A DNA stretch of 45,869 nt from Octopus bimaculoides (lineage: Eukaryota), in contig NC_069000.1 in NCBI RefSeq assembly GCF_001194135.2, positions 30,517,701 to 30,563,569 of the forward strand, read 5' to 3'. The notes under the pieces were generated by a model that did no database searches, was not told the origin of the DNA, and worked only from the letters and a program-made list of their open reading frames with translations. Shown here piece after piece: positions 34,445 through 45,709 of this stretch; position 1 is the first letter of the stretch; the number at the start of each line of letters is the position of its first letter. Made by a program: the position numbers and the translations under genes.

Positions 34445-36310
34445 TTTTGTTTGATGGAACTAAACCTAATTTGATTGTGGTCTCGCAACTGATTCTGTCC
34501 CATTTTCCTTTTCTGTTTGATAATCTCACAACTGACTGTAAACCAGTAGCTGCAAAATCTAGACAATACTCTCTGGATGACCAGAAATTTATCAATTCTA
34601 AAGTAATGTATTTGTTAAAGGAGGGTATTATCGAGCCGTATAAGTCTCTTTGGAACGCTTAGGTGTTGTTATCTTGCGATAAACATTAGAAACCTATAAT
34701 CGTCGATTATTCACAAACAATAAATCGTTATACGTTGCTATGTGCCTATCCTCTATCAAACATTGAGAAGATGGTCGAAGAATTGTCACAATGTAACATC
34801 TTCAGTTTACTGTACCTANNNNNNNNNNGTGTGGATTGATAGATATAACTGAATAAAAAAAAGGTCTCACTGCTATCGTTGCATATATTGATAATGTAAT
34901 GTTTTTGAAAATAACTGGAAAGTCCATGATGATTACTTGAAGAAGTTTTTAGGTGCAATGAGCAAGTACAACTTCTAAATATATTAATCTACTCGGTTAC
35001 ACGATAAATAATGGATTAATTAGAACAAATCCAGAACGTTTGTGACCGCTTCTCTATCTTCCTCAACCTAAACACATAACATCTTGAAGCGTGCAATGGG
35101 CAGATTCGCTTGTTACGTACGTTGGATTCCGAAAATTTCTGAGAAACTCTGTCCTTTAGTTACTACTAAACACTTTCAACTTCCGTACTTAAAGGTTTTG
35201 AAAGTCTATAGCAGGACATTGCCAACTCTCCAGTGAAAGCTGTTGTGCCACTGGTAGTTGACACCGATGATTCCGATCATGCCATTGCTGTCATACTATG
35301 TCATTTAGGACGTCCAGTAGTTTCCTTTTAAGAACACTATGCTATGGTAGAATCATAGCCTATGCTATGGTAGAATCTTTATAGAGATGGAGACACTGTT
35401 TACTTGCCACCAATTTCTGTTAGTAATTGATCAGAAGTCATTTGCCTTCAAGTTTGATAATAGACAGAGCAATAAATGAGAAGATAAATTGTTGCATATA
35501 AAACTCTGCTGTTTGCAATATAACATTAATTACAGGCCAATTAAGGACAAAGCTGTTGTTGATACTCTATCCTAAATTTGTGTTGTAACATTGGATATAG
35601 ATGTTATTTCATGGCCTTCATAAGGATTGGTGTCATCCTAGCACCACACAAATGCTTCGTTTTGAGCAAGAAATCTTCCATATTCTTTCGAGGAAATCAA
35701 AAGAACGACCGCTATGTGCTTCACGGGTGTTGAGATAAAAAGGGGGTTTTATAATCCAGTACTCGCTTATATAATAAAGACTACTAAAGCCTTTGATTTT
35801 TAAGGGACCTCTTTGCTCATCTACAAAATGCCCAATATTTGCTGATAGCTATAGATTAATTCTCGAGGTTTCCTTTTACTTTCTAATGTGCAGATATGAC
35901 TACCGAAACTATTATAAAGTGCTTATCTTTCCAGGTTTTGAAATTCCTCGTATATTCCTTCTGATCGTTGTACATCTTCCACGTTGAAATATTTACAGTA
36001 ATTTTCCCACCAATTTGGTGAAGCTACTTGCAAAAGTTCCTTACAGATCACAAGGAAATAAACAAACTTGAAAGACAATATCATTGACCCTGAAATCATG
36101 ACACTTGAAACTCCCTGTACTCTCAATTTCAACAAATCGCACTCTACATCTACGTCTTTTTAACTATCGGCGTAAATCCTCTAGTGGGCCATCTACCTCT
36201 TTATGGTTTTCTTCTCTGGGTAACAAAGTGGTCTTGAAGTGTCATAACCACTAGAGTAAATATGACCAGTAGAGGAAATAAAACACCTGAATCCAAATCT
36301 TTATAGATGT
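34445..36310 (+). mobile_element. Ty3/Gypsy pol relic (RT, RNase H, integrase)
   Basis: LFDNLTTDCKPVAAKSRQYS...LLKEGIIEP; IVDYSQTINRYT; YPLSNIEKMVEEL; LVVDTDDSDHAIA; FKGPL. Many stops and frameshifts. Confidence 0.9.
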
Positions 36311-37230
36311 GTCCGCCTATGTGAGATTGTAATTGTAGAGACAGGGATCTTGGGATTAAAATTTGCTGTGGTAACAGTCTATGTCCTCTCGCATGTCTAA
36401 ATGGTCTTTCATTTTGAGTCTTTTTGTTTCAGAGTGGAATATTATCTATGGATAAAATTTGTTTGTGTATTTTTTGTTCTTCGTAGTTTTGTGGAAGTTG
36501 GTGGCTCAGGAAGGACAAATATAATCTATGGTGGATCAACTGTATTGTTTATGCTCTAGAGTCGTTGTTTGTTCGCGATGGCCAAATATATGCTTGTAAG
36601 TGCTCCTAATGTGATTGTATTTTCTTTACTATGTCTTCGGCCTCCGTCGAGTAGGGTTGAATATGTATCTGCATCAAAATACGTATATCTGGAGGAAGGC
36701 TTTTTGTGGAAGCCTATCAGTTGTCATGCATGCACGCCTTCTATTTTAACACCATATAGTTGACCAGGGGAAAGGCTTTTCTTAAGTATCACCGTTACAG
36801 GCATTGCTGTTTAAACGCAGAGCTAATAAAAATATCGTCAGTCATCTCGTCTTGGCAAGATTTCCGACCAGCCTGGATTGATACATTTATATCGACCTTG
36901 AAAGAATGAGAGGCGGAATCTGAATTCGGAGAGCAGAGACTCGGAACAGATACTATGAGGCATACTAACAAACTAACTAACCAGTTAAGTAAGTAAATAA
37001 ATGAATGGATGACTAAATAAATAAATAAATAAACAAATAAATAGATGGCGTCATTATGGTATGTGTCTAGTCTTGTTGAATTGAGTTTCATGAGGCTGTT
37101 TTTGGCAGCTTGGGGTTGATGATCGAACCGATCGGTTTCATTGTAGCTTTAAGTTTTGCTGACACTTGATCAATATCAGTTTACTTTACCTTCCTAAAGT
37201 GTCGGACGTTTATGATACTGTTGAATTATA

Positions 37231-37389
37231 AGGCAGCGAGCTGGTAGAAACGTTAGCCTGCCGGGCAAAATGCTTAGCGGTATTTCGTCTGTTTTTTATG
37301 TTCTGAGTTCAAATTCCGTCGAGGTCAATTTTGCCTTTCATCCTTTCGGGATCGATAAATTAAGTACCAGTTCCGCACTGGGGTCGATC
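37231..37389 (+). mobile_element. SINE family B adjoining the Penelope-like fragment
   Basis: GGCAGCGAGCTGGTAGAAACGTTAGC...GTTCTGAGTTCAAATTCC...AAGTACCAGTT. Confidence 0.85.
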
Positions 37390-38330
37390 CAAAATTTCGA
37401 TCTTGCATGCGTTACTTATTTTCTCACGTTTGTGTATTTTGGGAATACCGTAGAATTGACTGGTTTTGGTTTTGAAATTGGTCATGTAGTCATACTCTTT
37501 GTCGGTGAGTCCTTCTCTGTGTAGGTTTAACATGGATTTTAGGTCTCTCATTATCTTCTGCTGACTGTAGTGTTCGGTCTTTTCATAATATGTTGTGTCT
37601 TCTAACATGGATAATACTAAAGTTATATAGTATACTGTGTCAATTAAGACGACTGCACTCCCTTTATCTGCCTCTTTGATTGTTCTTGTTTTGTCATCTT
37701 TTAATCTGTTCAGTTCAGCCCATTCTTTTTCGCTGAAGTTTGGTTTGTGCTTTTAATTGTGTATACGTTGGTATGGGTAATTCGAGATGCATTCACAGAA
37801 ATGACCAAGAGTTTTGTTCTTACCTTTTGAAGGGGTGTAGTTACTTCCATTACGAACCAACGATTCTTCCTCATTGTATTTGTCGTATAGCTCCTCAGTG
37901 AGTCGTAATTTTCTACAGAATTCCGCGATGTCTTCTTTCATTTCGTTGTAGTTGGAGCGTTGTGGGGTGAGTGTAAACTTGAGTCCTTTGGAGAGTATAT
38001 TGATTTGGTTTGCTGTTATTTCTTTGTGAGTTAGATTGATAATTTTTTATCACTTTTGGTTCCTTCTGTGTTATCTCGTGTCTCTATGTTTGTGTGCTGG
38101 GTCTGAAAAATGATTGCGGTAGTTGGGGCGGTGGCTGTTATGTAGTTGTTCCCTATTGTTGCGGGGTACTGTGTTATGATTTATGGTGCGGGTTTTCGGA
38201 ACGGTATTGAAAAGTGTGTCCCGATATCCCATGTTCAAATGTGGTGTTTTAATGGGCCGTCGGTGGAAATTATTGCGTGTGGTGCGGGTTTGTTGGTCAT
38301 GGTTCGGGAGTACCCCAACTTCAAACAGAG
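37390..38330 (-). mobile_element. Penelope-like element, N-terminal/pre-RT region
   Basis: INLTHKEITANQINILSKGLKFTLTP; KEDIAEFCRKLRL; ESLVRN; YYEK; FYGIPKIHK, all typical of PLE ORFs. Confidence 0.85.
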
Positions 38331-38616
38331 AAAGGAAAAACCACTACCCGCAGGATAGACATTGAAACTTCCTCCCTCCCATAAGATGTTACCAACGAAA
38401 TTTTCGCTCCAACAATCTACTAAACAACCATGCACAACAAACCCGCACCACACGCATCATTGTGATGTGAATTATTTAACTGTCCGCTACGCTTTTGTGT
38501 AACGATACACAAAGCTCATTGTCTAGCTCAAGTTTCAGCAGTGTTACACAACTGTGAAATAAATTCCTCTCTACTTCCCCTGGATAGATCGCTAGTCAAC
38601 AGCAGACAACACTTCC

Positions 38617-38840
38617 TTTATCTTTTACTTGTTTCAATCATTAGACAGCAGCCATGCTGAGGCACCGTCCTGAAGAGTTTTTAATCGACTGAATCGACCT
38701 CAGTACTTTTTTCTTATAGCCTAGTACTTATTCTATTGGTGTCTCTTGCCGAACCGCTATGTTACGGGGATGTAAACACACCAAAACCGGTTGTTTGTCA
38801 AGCGGTGGTGGGGGACAAACATAGGCACAAAGACAAACAT
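38617..38840 (-). mobile_element. SINE family A, 3' half
   Basis: CTTGTTTCAATCATTAGAC..GCCATGCTG...GGGGATGTAAACACACC. Confidence 0.8.
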
Positions 38841-39275
38841 GAAGCTGGAATGTCTCTTTGATTGTGACTATTTTGTAGTTCCATATGACGTCACAAATCC
38901 GAGAACGTCACACACACACGCACGTATATGGACACATGCATGTGTGTGCGTGTATGTATATGTGTGGTGTGTGTGTGTATGTGTGTGTGTGTGCGTGTGT
39001 GCGTGTGTGCGTGTATACGCACAGACACATACACAAACACACGCTTCTCTCAACGTTTTGAACAATTTCGTTGTCATATCTCCATTCAGAATTATCAGAA
39101 TTTCTGATATAGTTCTTATTGTCACTATTTTTTTTACTCAGTATTTTATTAGTATTATAGCTGTCGGGATGTTGTTACCTTTGTAATATTTCTACATCTA
39201 GATTATTTATTTTCCGTAAATGTTTCTTTCGGAAATTTGAAGAAATGAAACACTAAATAACATTCAAACGAAAGG

Positions 39276-39836
39276 ATGTATTCAAAATTGAAACTGCTTT
39301 CTTTAGCGTTAGAACTAGACAGTGAGCAGAACGAGCCAGGAGTTAAGTCCAAGATTTCGATAGAGAATCAGTCTGCCGGTGACATTCCTATTACTATCGG
39401 TGAACTTCTTTTACAACAACTACAACAATTAAAACAGCAGGAACAACAACAAAATCAGCTCAACTTTCCCTACTTCACAGACCAAATGTCATCATTATCA
39501 ACATCACCACCATCTACATCAAGATCAACAGATGGAGAGGATAGGAAACAAACGAAGCCCATCATGGAAGGTTCTGGTGAAAATATATTACAAGCGAAAG
39601 CTGGTGCTGTTGCCACTGTTGGGGTTGCTGTAAGCGGTGGTGGCCCTGTTGAGTATGATGACAGCTTGAAGAAGAAGATCTTAAAAATTGTCACTTGTGA
39701 AAATGTAAAGTCCAGACGTTTAAAACACAAAAACAGAGATGGTTTTTACAATGGAACGAGACTATATAACAGATATTTTTACATGAGTAGTTTACCGACC
39801 ATTGAAGAAGAGGAGGAAGAAGAAGATAAAAAATAA
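39276..39836 (+). CDS. Orphan 186-aa ORF: Gln-rich and Ser/Thr-rich segments, basic patch, acidic C-terminus
   Basis: 561-nt open frame in AT-rich non-repeat DNA. A at -3 of the ATG; AATAAA at 40182-40187 followed by a GT/T-rich tract. No family recognised. Confidence 0.55.
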   Translation: MYSKLKLLSLALELDSEQNEPGVKSKISIENQSAGDIPITIGELLLQQLQQLKQQEQQQNQLNFPYFTDQMSSLSTSPPSTSRSTDGEDRKQTKPIMEGSGENILQAKAGAVATVGVAVSGGGPVEYDDSLKKKILKIVTCENVKSRRLKHKNRDGFYNGTRLYNRYFYMSSLPTIEEEEEEEDKK

Positions 39837-40181
39837 TAACAACATCGAAGAGAAGAAGACGAACACAGGAACAATGTCAAGATGCGTGGCTGGGGATAAG
39901 GTACCTTTCCTAACGTCCTGTCTGACTTTCATTAGCTACTTTTCCTTCCATTTATATTCACTCGGAAAGATCAGCACCATACTGGTTTCTTATACCACTG
40001 GATGTTTAACTTGTATCGTCTGCCATCGTTTCAATATCTTAATTTTATTTTATATTATCTTCTAGCAAACACTATCGTTGTTTCAAACTGTAATCGTTGA
40101 AATTATGCCTCCATAATTCAAGAGACTTTCTTCTCCAAGGCACTGACTATAATAGTCAAAAAATACGCCATGTCCAAAGTT

Positions 40182-40187
40182 AATAAA
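40182..40187 (+). terminator. Candidate poly(A) signal for the orphan ORF
   Basis: AATAAA followed about 20 nt later by GTCGTTGTTCCGTTTTCTTGTTTT. Confidence 0.45.
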
Positions 40188-40348
40188 AATTACGTTAACA
40201 TAAAAAGTCGTTGTTCCGTTTTCTTGTTTTACATTGCTGATTACGTATGGTTTCTTTTTAATGATTGTAGGTTTCATTTTCATATAGGTCATCTATAGGC
40301 CATCTCTTCTGAATCTTCATACCATCGGCACTCTATTATTATTGCTTA

Positions 40349-40350
<2 letters not shown>

Positions 40351-40443
<93 letters not shown>
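40351..40443. repeat. (TTA)31 microsatellite
   Basis: Read directly; abuts the 3' end of the R4/Dong element. Confidence 0.97.
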
Positions 40444-40446
<3 letters not shown>

Positions 40447-43078
40447 GTTTGACTTTTGCTTTGTATTTGTACAAGTTGGCTCCAAGTCTCACCCAGAGAC
40501 CTCAAGAGACAACAAGTTAGAAGTTCATGTTGGTGTTATGCCTAGGGTGTCATATAGTTGGTTTTGTACATGGTATTGTTCTAGAGAATGTTTAAGAAGG
40601 CATAAGAAAATTATGAGTTTGTTTTAAAATTTTAGATTACAGAGACAATATTTTATGTAGGATATAGGCAGTTCCCATGAGCACTATCTTTTGAATTTGT
40701 GCCATTTTGGACTTTCCTGGTATCTGAGCTAGGTAGCAATCAGCCCCTTTTGCTCACTCCTAGGGCACCTATGACAACAGGTATTGTTTTAGTCTTGAGG
40801 TTCCACATTTTGCCAATTTCTATTTCAAGATCTTTATACTTGCCCAGTTTTTGGTAGGTTTTGGCAGATACATTTATATCGATTGGGACAGTCATATCAA
40901 TGAGGAGGCACGATTTTTGTCTGAAGTTTTTCAATATAATGTCTGGCCTATTCGAATCTATCTTTCTGTTAGTTTGAATGGTGAAGTTTCAAGCATTGGA
41001 GGTGGTTTGTGTTCCCACCAGTTTTTATCATGAGGCAGGTCCAGGTTTTTGAAAATTACCCAGTTAATATATTGTGCTGCTCTATCATGACTGTTGAGAT
41101 AATCTGTAGGCGCAAGAAGACTGCACATGGAGATAGCATGATCAATCGTTTCATTTTGATGTTGACATACACGACATGTGCTATTGCCGTTTTTTAATAT
41201 GTTGACCTGGTAGTTTCTTATTGGTAGGCATTGGGCTGTTATGATAAATCCTTCTGTTTCTGATTTTAAGCCAGAAGCCACTAACCATTGATGAGTAAGG
41301 GCTTGTCAACATCGGCACTATTAGCCCTCTTTGGGTATTTGCCATTGAGAGGCTTTTCTTGCCATTTATCAGTCAGAATATGTAAGGCAGCAATTTTAGC
41401 ATGGGTTTTCATGCGCTTAGCATTTTCTGCGCTTGTTTCCAGTACGTCTAATTCTAGAATTTGTTGTATTTGGAATTTACTTAAGATATTCCTTTGCCTG
41501 TTTTTTACTGAGTATGATGCTTTCTTGTTTTCATGTTTTGAGACAAGTTTTAACATCCAGTCATCAGAATTTTTCAGGTAGGCGTCTCGGCCAATTGTGG
41601 CAATCTTCATTGTTAATTCCAGTTGTAAAAGTCCACGACCACCCCCTTTTCTTGGCAGGTAAAGTTCTATATCTGCCTTGGGGTGGTGCATTCTATGCAT
41701 TGTCAACAATTTTCGTATTTTTCTGTCATGATTACATATTTCAGTAATTGATCAGTTAATGATATTGAAATTGTAAATCACGACCGGTATGGCTAAAGTA
41801 TTGATCGCTTCGATCCTGTTTCTTGCATTCAGCTCTGTCTTGAGTTTTGTTCTCACCCTGCGATAACATTCCTGTCTGATCCTCTCCCTCATCACTCAAT
41901 GTTTGATTCCGTCCCCTTCAATTACCCCTAGGTATTTGTAGCTCTCCGCTGGTTCTCATTCCTTTATGACATTCTACTGATCAAGATTAACATTGGATGT
42001 TTCTATCATTTTTCCTTTGATAAAGGTAGCTTATGCACATTTTGCACATTTTGCACATTTTGTACATTTTGCACGTCACTGATTGTTTAACAATCGCTAG
42101 TAAGACCTGTAGTTGTTGGTCATATTTTGCAAATAGCTTTAAATCATCCATGTAAATGAGATAACTTATATTTTTATCGAACATTTTATAACCGTATTGT
42201 ACATCATTGAGCAATTTGGAGAGAGGTATTAAGGCTTGACAAAAGAGGAGTGGTGATAGTGAGCCACCCCGGAAAATGCCACATGAAATTCATACATGAA
42301 ATTAAGAGATCCATTGTCACTGTTCAAAATCAATGTGGTTCTCCATGATCTCATACTTACAGACAAAAAGTTTCGCAGAGTAGGAGCTATTTTATACATT
42401 TCCAGACATTTCTTAATCCAGTTATGTGGTAGGCTATCAAAAGCTTTTTTGTAGTCTCTCCAGGCTATTGACAAGTTTTTGTGTCGTTCGTGACAATCTT
42501 CTAAGATCATCTTATTCATAAGTAGCTGATCTTTACAACCACAGGACCCACGTTTACATCCTTTTTGCTCATTAGGGAATATGCCACTTTCTATTAAAAA
42601 AAAAAAACTATAGGAATATTCAGTCAAGACAGATGTTAGCATTTTATACTATGGGTCTTTAATTTTTTGGTTCATTTATTTATTCATTTTTTGGAAGTAG
42701 GAATGTTACACCATTAACTAGCCAAGAAGGAATTATACTAGGTTGCTGCAAAACATTGTTGTAAAGTTTTGTTAGCAGTTCATGGCTCTCTGGGAAGGCA
42801 TTCAACCAAATGTTAGGAATGTTATCCTTTCCAGGAGACTTCCATTTGCTTGACCTCCTAAGAGCAGATCTTACATCCTCTACCTTGATACTCTCCCACT
42901 TTTGCTCTTCTAAGGAGTCTAAGTCTTTAGATATTCTATCAATCCAAGGGGCCTTTTCATTGTATATTTTTTCTTCTGCCCAAATTTTATTCCAAAATTC
43001 CGGCACTTCTTTTGATGGGACAGACTTTACTGTAACTGGTATTTTCCCTATCTTCCTGTAATAATTTTTTGGGTTATC

Positions 43079-43080
<2 letters not shown>
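40444..43080 (-). mobile_element. R4/Dong-clade non-LTR retrotransposon (RT, CCHC, restriction-like endonuclease), 5'-truncated
   Basis: WKSPGKD; EQKGCKRGSCGCKDQL; DYKKAFDSLPH; YMDDLKL; LPRKGGGRGL; CRVC...ETIDHAISMC; LLIDMTVP; KYKDL; VIGALG. The ORF ends ILHKILSL* at 40637. Confidence 0.93.

Positions 43081-43107
<27 letters not shown>
43081..43107. repeat. (TTA)9 microsatellite
   Basis: Read directly; abuts the 5' end of the Dong element. Confidence 0.95.
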
Positions 43108-43109
<2 letters not shown>

Positions 43110-43425
43110 ATTGAGTGTGAGCGCATGCCATCAAAGTGACACCGGGGTACAAATATACGAAGCCCAGTATACCCATCACGACTACCCGTCTGATGAGGGT
43201 ACACCAAGCACATGCATCACAACCATATGTGCGTGACATGGTGATCTCATTTCAAGATAAACAGCGCATGACCTTTCAGGTGGGGCCCAGTTTGAATTTT
43301 TTTCAGGTCGAGTAATCCTCCGCTCAAAAGGTCCTTGAATAAAGGTTGTTTAAGGATGTTGAGCGAAACACCTATGTTTCTAGAGGTGAGTTATTCAAAC
43401 CCCAAAGAATTCCTCTGGACTAGTG
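43108..43425 (-). mobile_element. Non-coding segment ending in (TAA)n; 3' UTR of the adjacent RTE or a separate element
   Basis: Lies between the end of the RTE coding region and the (TAA)9 tract. No second copy occurs in the window. Confidence 0.35.
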
Positions 43426-44400
43426 CAGTTCGTGTTTTCTTTGTGCCTCTGCAATCCTGTTCTGTTCGTAGGAGATGGCCCCTCTATTGATGTAGCTTCA
43501 CCAAGCAGGGCGGTTTTGCGTTTGCGTTTCCCAGGTGTCGGGCTTGATATCAAAGCTCTTCAGTGAGGTTTTGAAGCACTTTCCCTGTCCACCTTGCGTG
43601 CTCTTACCTTCCACCAGTTCACTATAGAACAATCTCTTGGGGTGTCACATGTCAGGCATTCAAACAAGGTTGCCTACCCACCTGACTTATGTTCTCCTCA
43701 GCGGTGTGTAAATGCTTGATAGATCAGCTCGAGAGAGGACATCCGTGTCTAGAGCCTTCTCTTGTCAGGTGATTTTCAACAGCTTTTTCTGGCAGTTCAT
43801 GTGGAAGCGATTTAGGTTTTTGGTGTGGTGTTCGTAAACCGTCCAAGTCTTGCTGGCATACGGTATCGTAGGTAGTACAACTACTTGGTACACCTTCAGC
43901 TTGGTGGCCAGCCTAATGTCTCTCCCGAATGCTGAGCTTCTCTTGACGATGCCTGTGTCGACGTCAATATTCATAGATCTGGAGTGTGCTGTTGAGACAC
44001 GTGAACTTAGCAACGACCTTTAGGATTTCCCCTTCGACAGTGATAGCTGATTCCACATAATGCTTCTGCGGGGCAGGTTGGTACGGTACCTCTGTCCTCT
44101 GAGTACTGATTGTAAGGCTAAAATTGTTGGAGGTAGTGGAGAAGCAGTTCATGCTCTGCCGTATCTGGGCCTCTGGCGGTGCTGAGTACGCAGCCGTCTG
44201 CGAACGGGAAGACGTGCACTGAGTCCTCTTGGTCTTGGCCTGTAGTCTCTGGAGGTTGAAAAGTCTACCATCTGTCCTGAATCTGACCTTGATACTGGTT
44301 TCACCGTCGTTGAAGGAGGCATCCGACAGCATGGCTGAGAACAGCGTAGGTGCGAGTACTCTATCAGTAATTAGGAATGCGTCGGAAGAATCTCCACTAC
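43426..44400 (-). mobile_element. RTE-BovB-like LINE fragment
   Basis: LAPTLFSAMLSDA; IKVRFRTDGRLFNLQRLQAKTK; TKLKVYQVVVLPT; NLNRFHMNC..KLLKI. Confidence 0.9.
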
Positions 44401-44749
44401 TCATCTATTTACATGTTTTTGTTGTTGTGTAGCCTCAGTCAGCCCTGCTCAGACATACGAATGAAGCATAGACAACTGTCAAGCATCTGAATGCGAACTA
44501 TATATCCAATTGGCTATGTAGGGCGCACATCTAAACATCGAATCAGCTTGCTATGTAGAGTGGGTCTGTTTCAGCAGGCCTGACTATCGTTGCCTATGAC
44601 TACATATCAACAACAACAACATGAGATATCCGGAAGGCTGGATATACAGTTCGCATTCAGATGCTTTATGGATCTGCCTGAGCAGTGCTAATTTAGGCTA
44701 CATAAAAATAAAAATAACAAGTAAAAAGACGAACCTTAGCCTTTTAGAT

Positions 44750-44830
44750 GAGGCATGGGTAACCTTTCCCGAAGTGCGGGCCGCATGAGTCATGATTCAT
44801 CATCTGGTGGGCCGCACAATTAAAAAGATT
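44750..44830. mobile_element. hAT/Charlie-type MITE left end
   Basis: GAGGCATGGGTAACCTTT...GCGGGCCGCATG...GGTGGGCCGCAC resembles hAT MITE termini. The other end was not seen and a gap follows. Confidence 0.45.
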
Positions 44831-45251
44831 CAAAGAAAATTTTTAACACGAAGGGTATCATCAGTTCTCTCTCTCCCCCTCTCCCCTCTCCCCTCTCNNN
44901 NNNNNNNNNNNNNNNNNNNNNNNNNNNNNNNNNNNNNNNNNNNNNNNNNNNNNNNNNNNNNNNNNNNNNNNNNNNNNNNNNNNNNNNNNNNNNNNNNNNN
45001 NNNNNNNNNNNNNNNNNNNNNNNNNNNNNNNNNNNNNNNNNNNNNNNNNNNNNNNNNNNNNNNNNNNNNNNNNNNNNNNNNNNNNNNNNNNNNNNNNNNN
45101 NNNNNNNNNNNNNNNNNNNNNNNNNNNNNNNNNNNNNNNNNNNNNNNNNNNNNNNNNNNNNNNNNNNNNNNNNNNNNNNNNNNNNNNNNNNNNNNNNNNN
45201 CCCCTCCCCCTCTCCGCTGGAGGGAAGATGAATCACTGCTGTCTCTAACGC

Positions 45252-45312
45252 TCGAGTGTCCATCATTGACAAGACTAAGGTAGGTCGAAATCACGTGATC
45301 TGGGTGTCTCGG
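45252..45312 (+). ncRNA. Type I hammerhead ribozyme motif, U3-A8 core variant
   Basis: TCA-[TTGACAA]-GAC(T)aaggta(G)GTC-GAA-ATCA cg TGAT-C-TGG. Stem II has 3 WC pairs plus U.G; stem III is the palindrome ATCACGTGAT; stem I has a proximal UCA/UGG helix and a distal UCGAG/CUCGG helix. Predicted cleavage is after AUC at 45300. Confidence 0.7.
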
Positions 45313-45709
45313 CGCTTGAGATGGCGGGGATTTATCTCCCCGGCAGTAATATAAGCAAGAGTGCATCTTATACCAAAAACCCATACGATAGTTTCTCTCG
45401 TGGTGTCTACCACAGTATAGTTTTTTCTAACAGAATGTCTATCTTTAAGTGGGGATAAATATTATCTCTCGGTAACTGTCTCTAATATATAATTTTCAAC
45501 AAATCTCAGCTCTCCAACTTCTAAGAACTTAGCAACGTAACCAAGAGCACCAGTATATAATTATAGGTACATATGTAAATGTATAACCTGACTAAACAAA
45601 TTAAAGTTTTCGAAGCGGTTGTCCATGAATATTCACTGCTTCATTGATTTTGATTAAAATGTTCACATCCGTTTGGCTGCTAACAACAGTACATGGCTTT
45701 TCTTTTGTC

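Noticed and set aside
36330-36798. TGT...ACA segment after Gypsy pol as a 3' LTR
   Set aside because: There is no clear polypurine tract and no matching second LTR.
37115-37150. Palindrome AACCGATCGGTT as hammerhead stem II
   Set aside because: The flanking core bases do not match CUGANGA or GAAA.
42680-43213. 177-aa ORF with poly-Ile
   Set aside because: It is a chance read-through from upstream sequence across (TAA)9 into the Dong ORF.
43190-43215. CTGATGAGGGTACACC
   Set aside because: There is no downstream GAAA or stem III.
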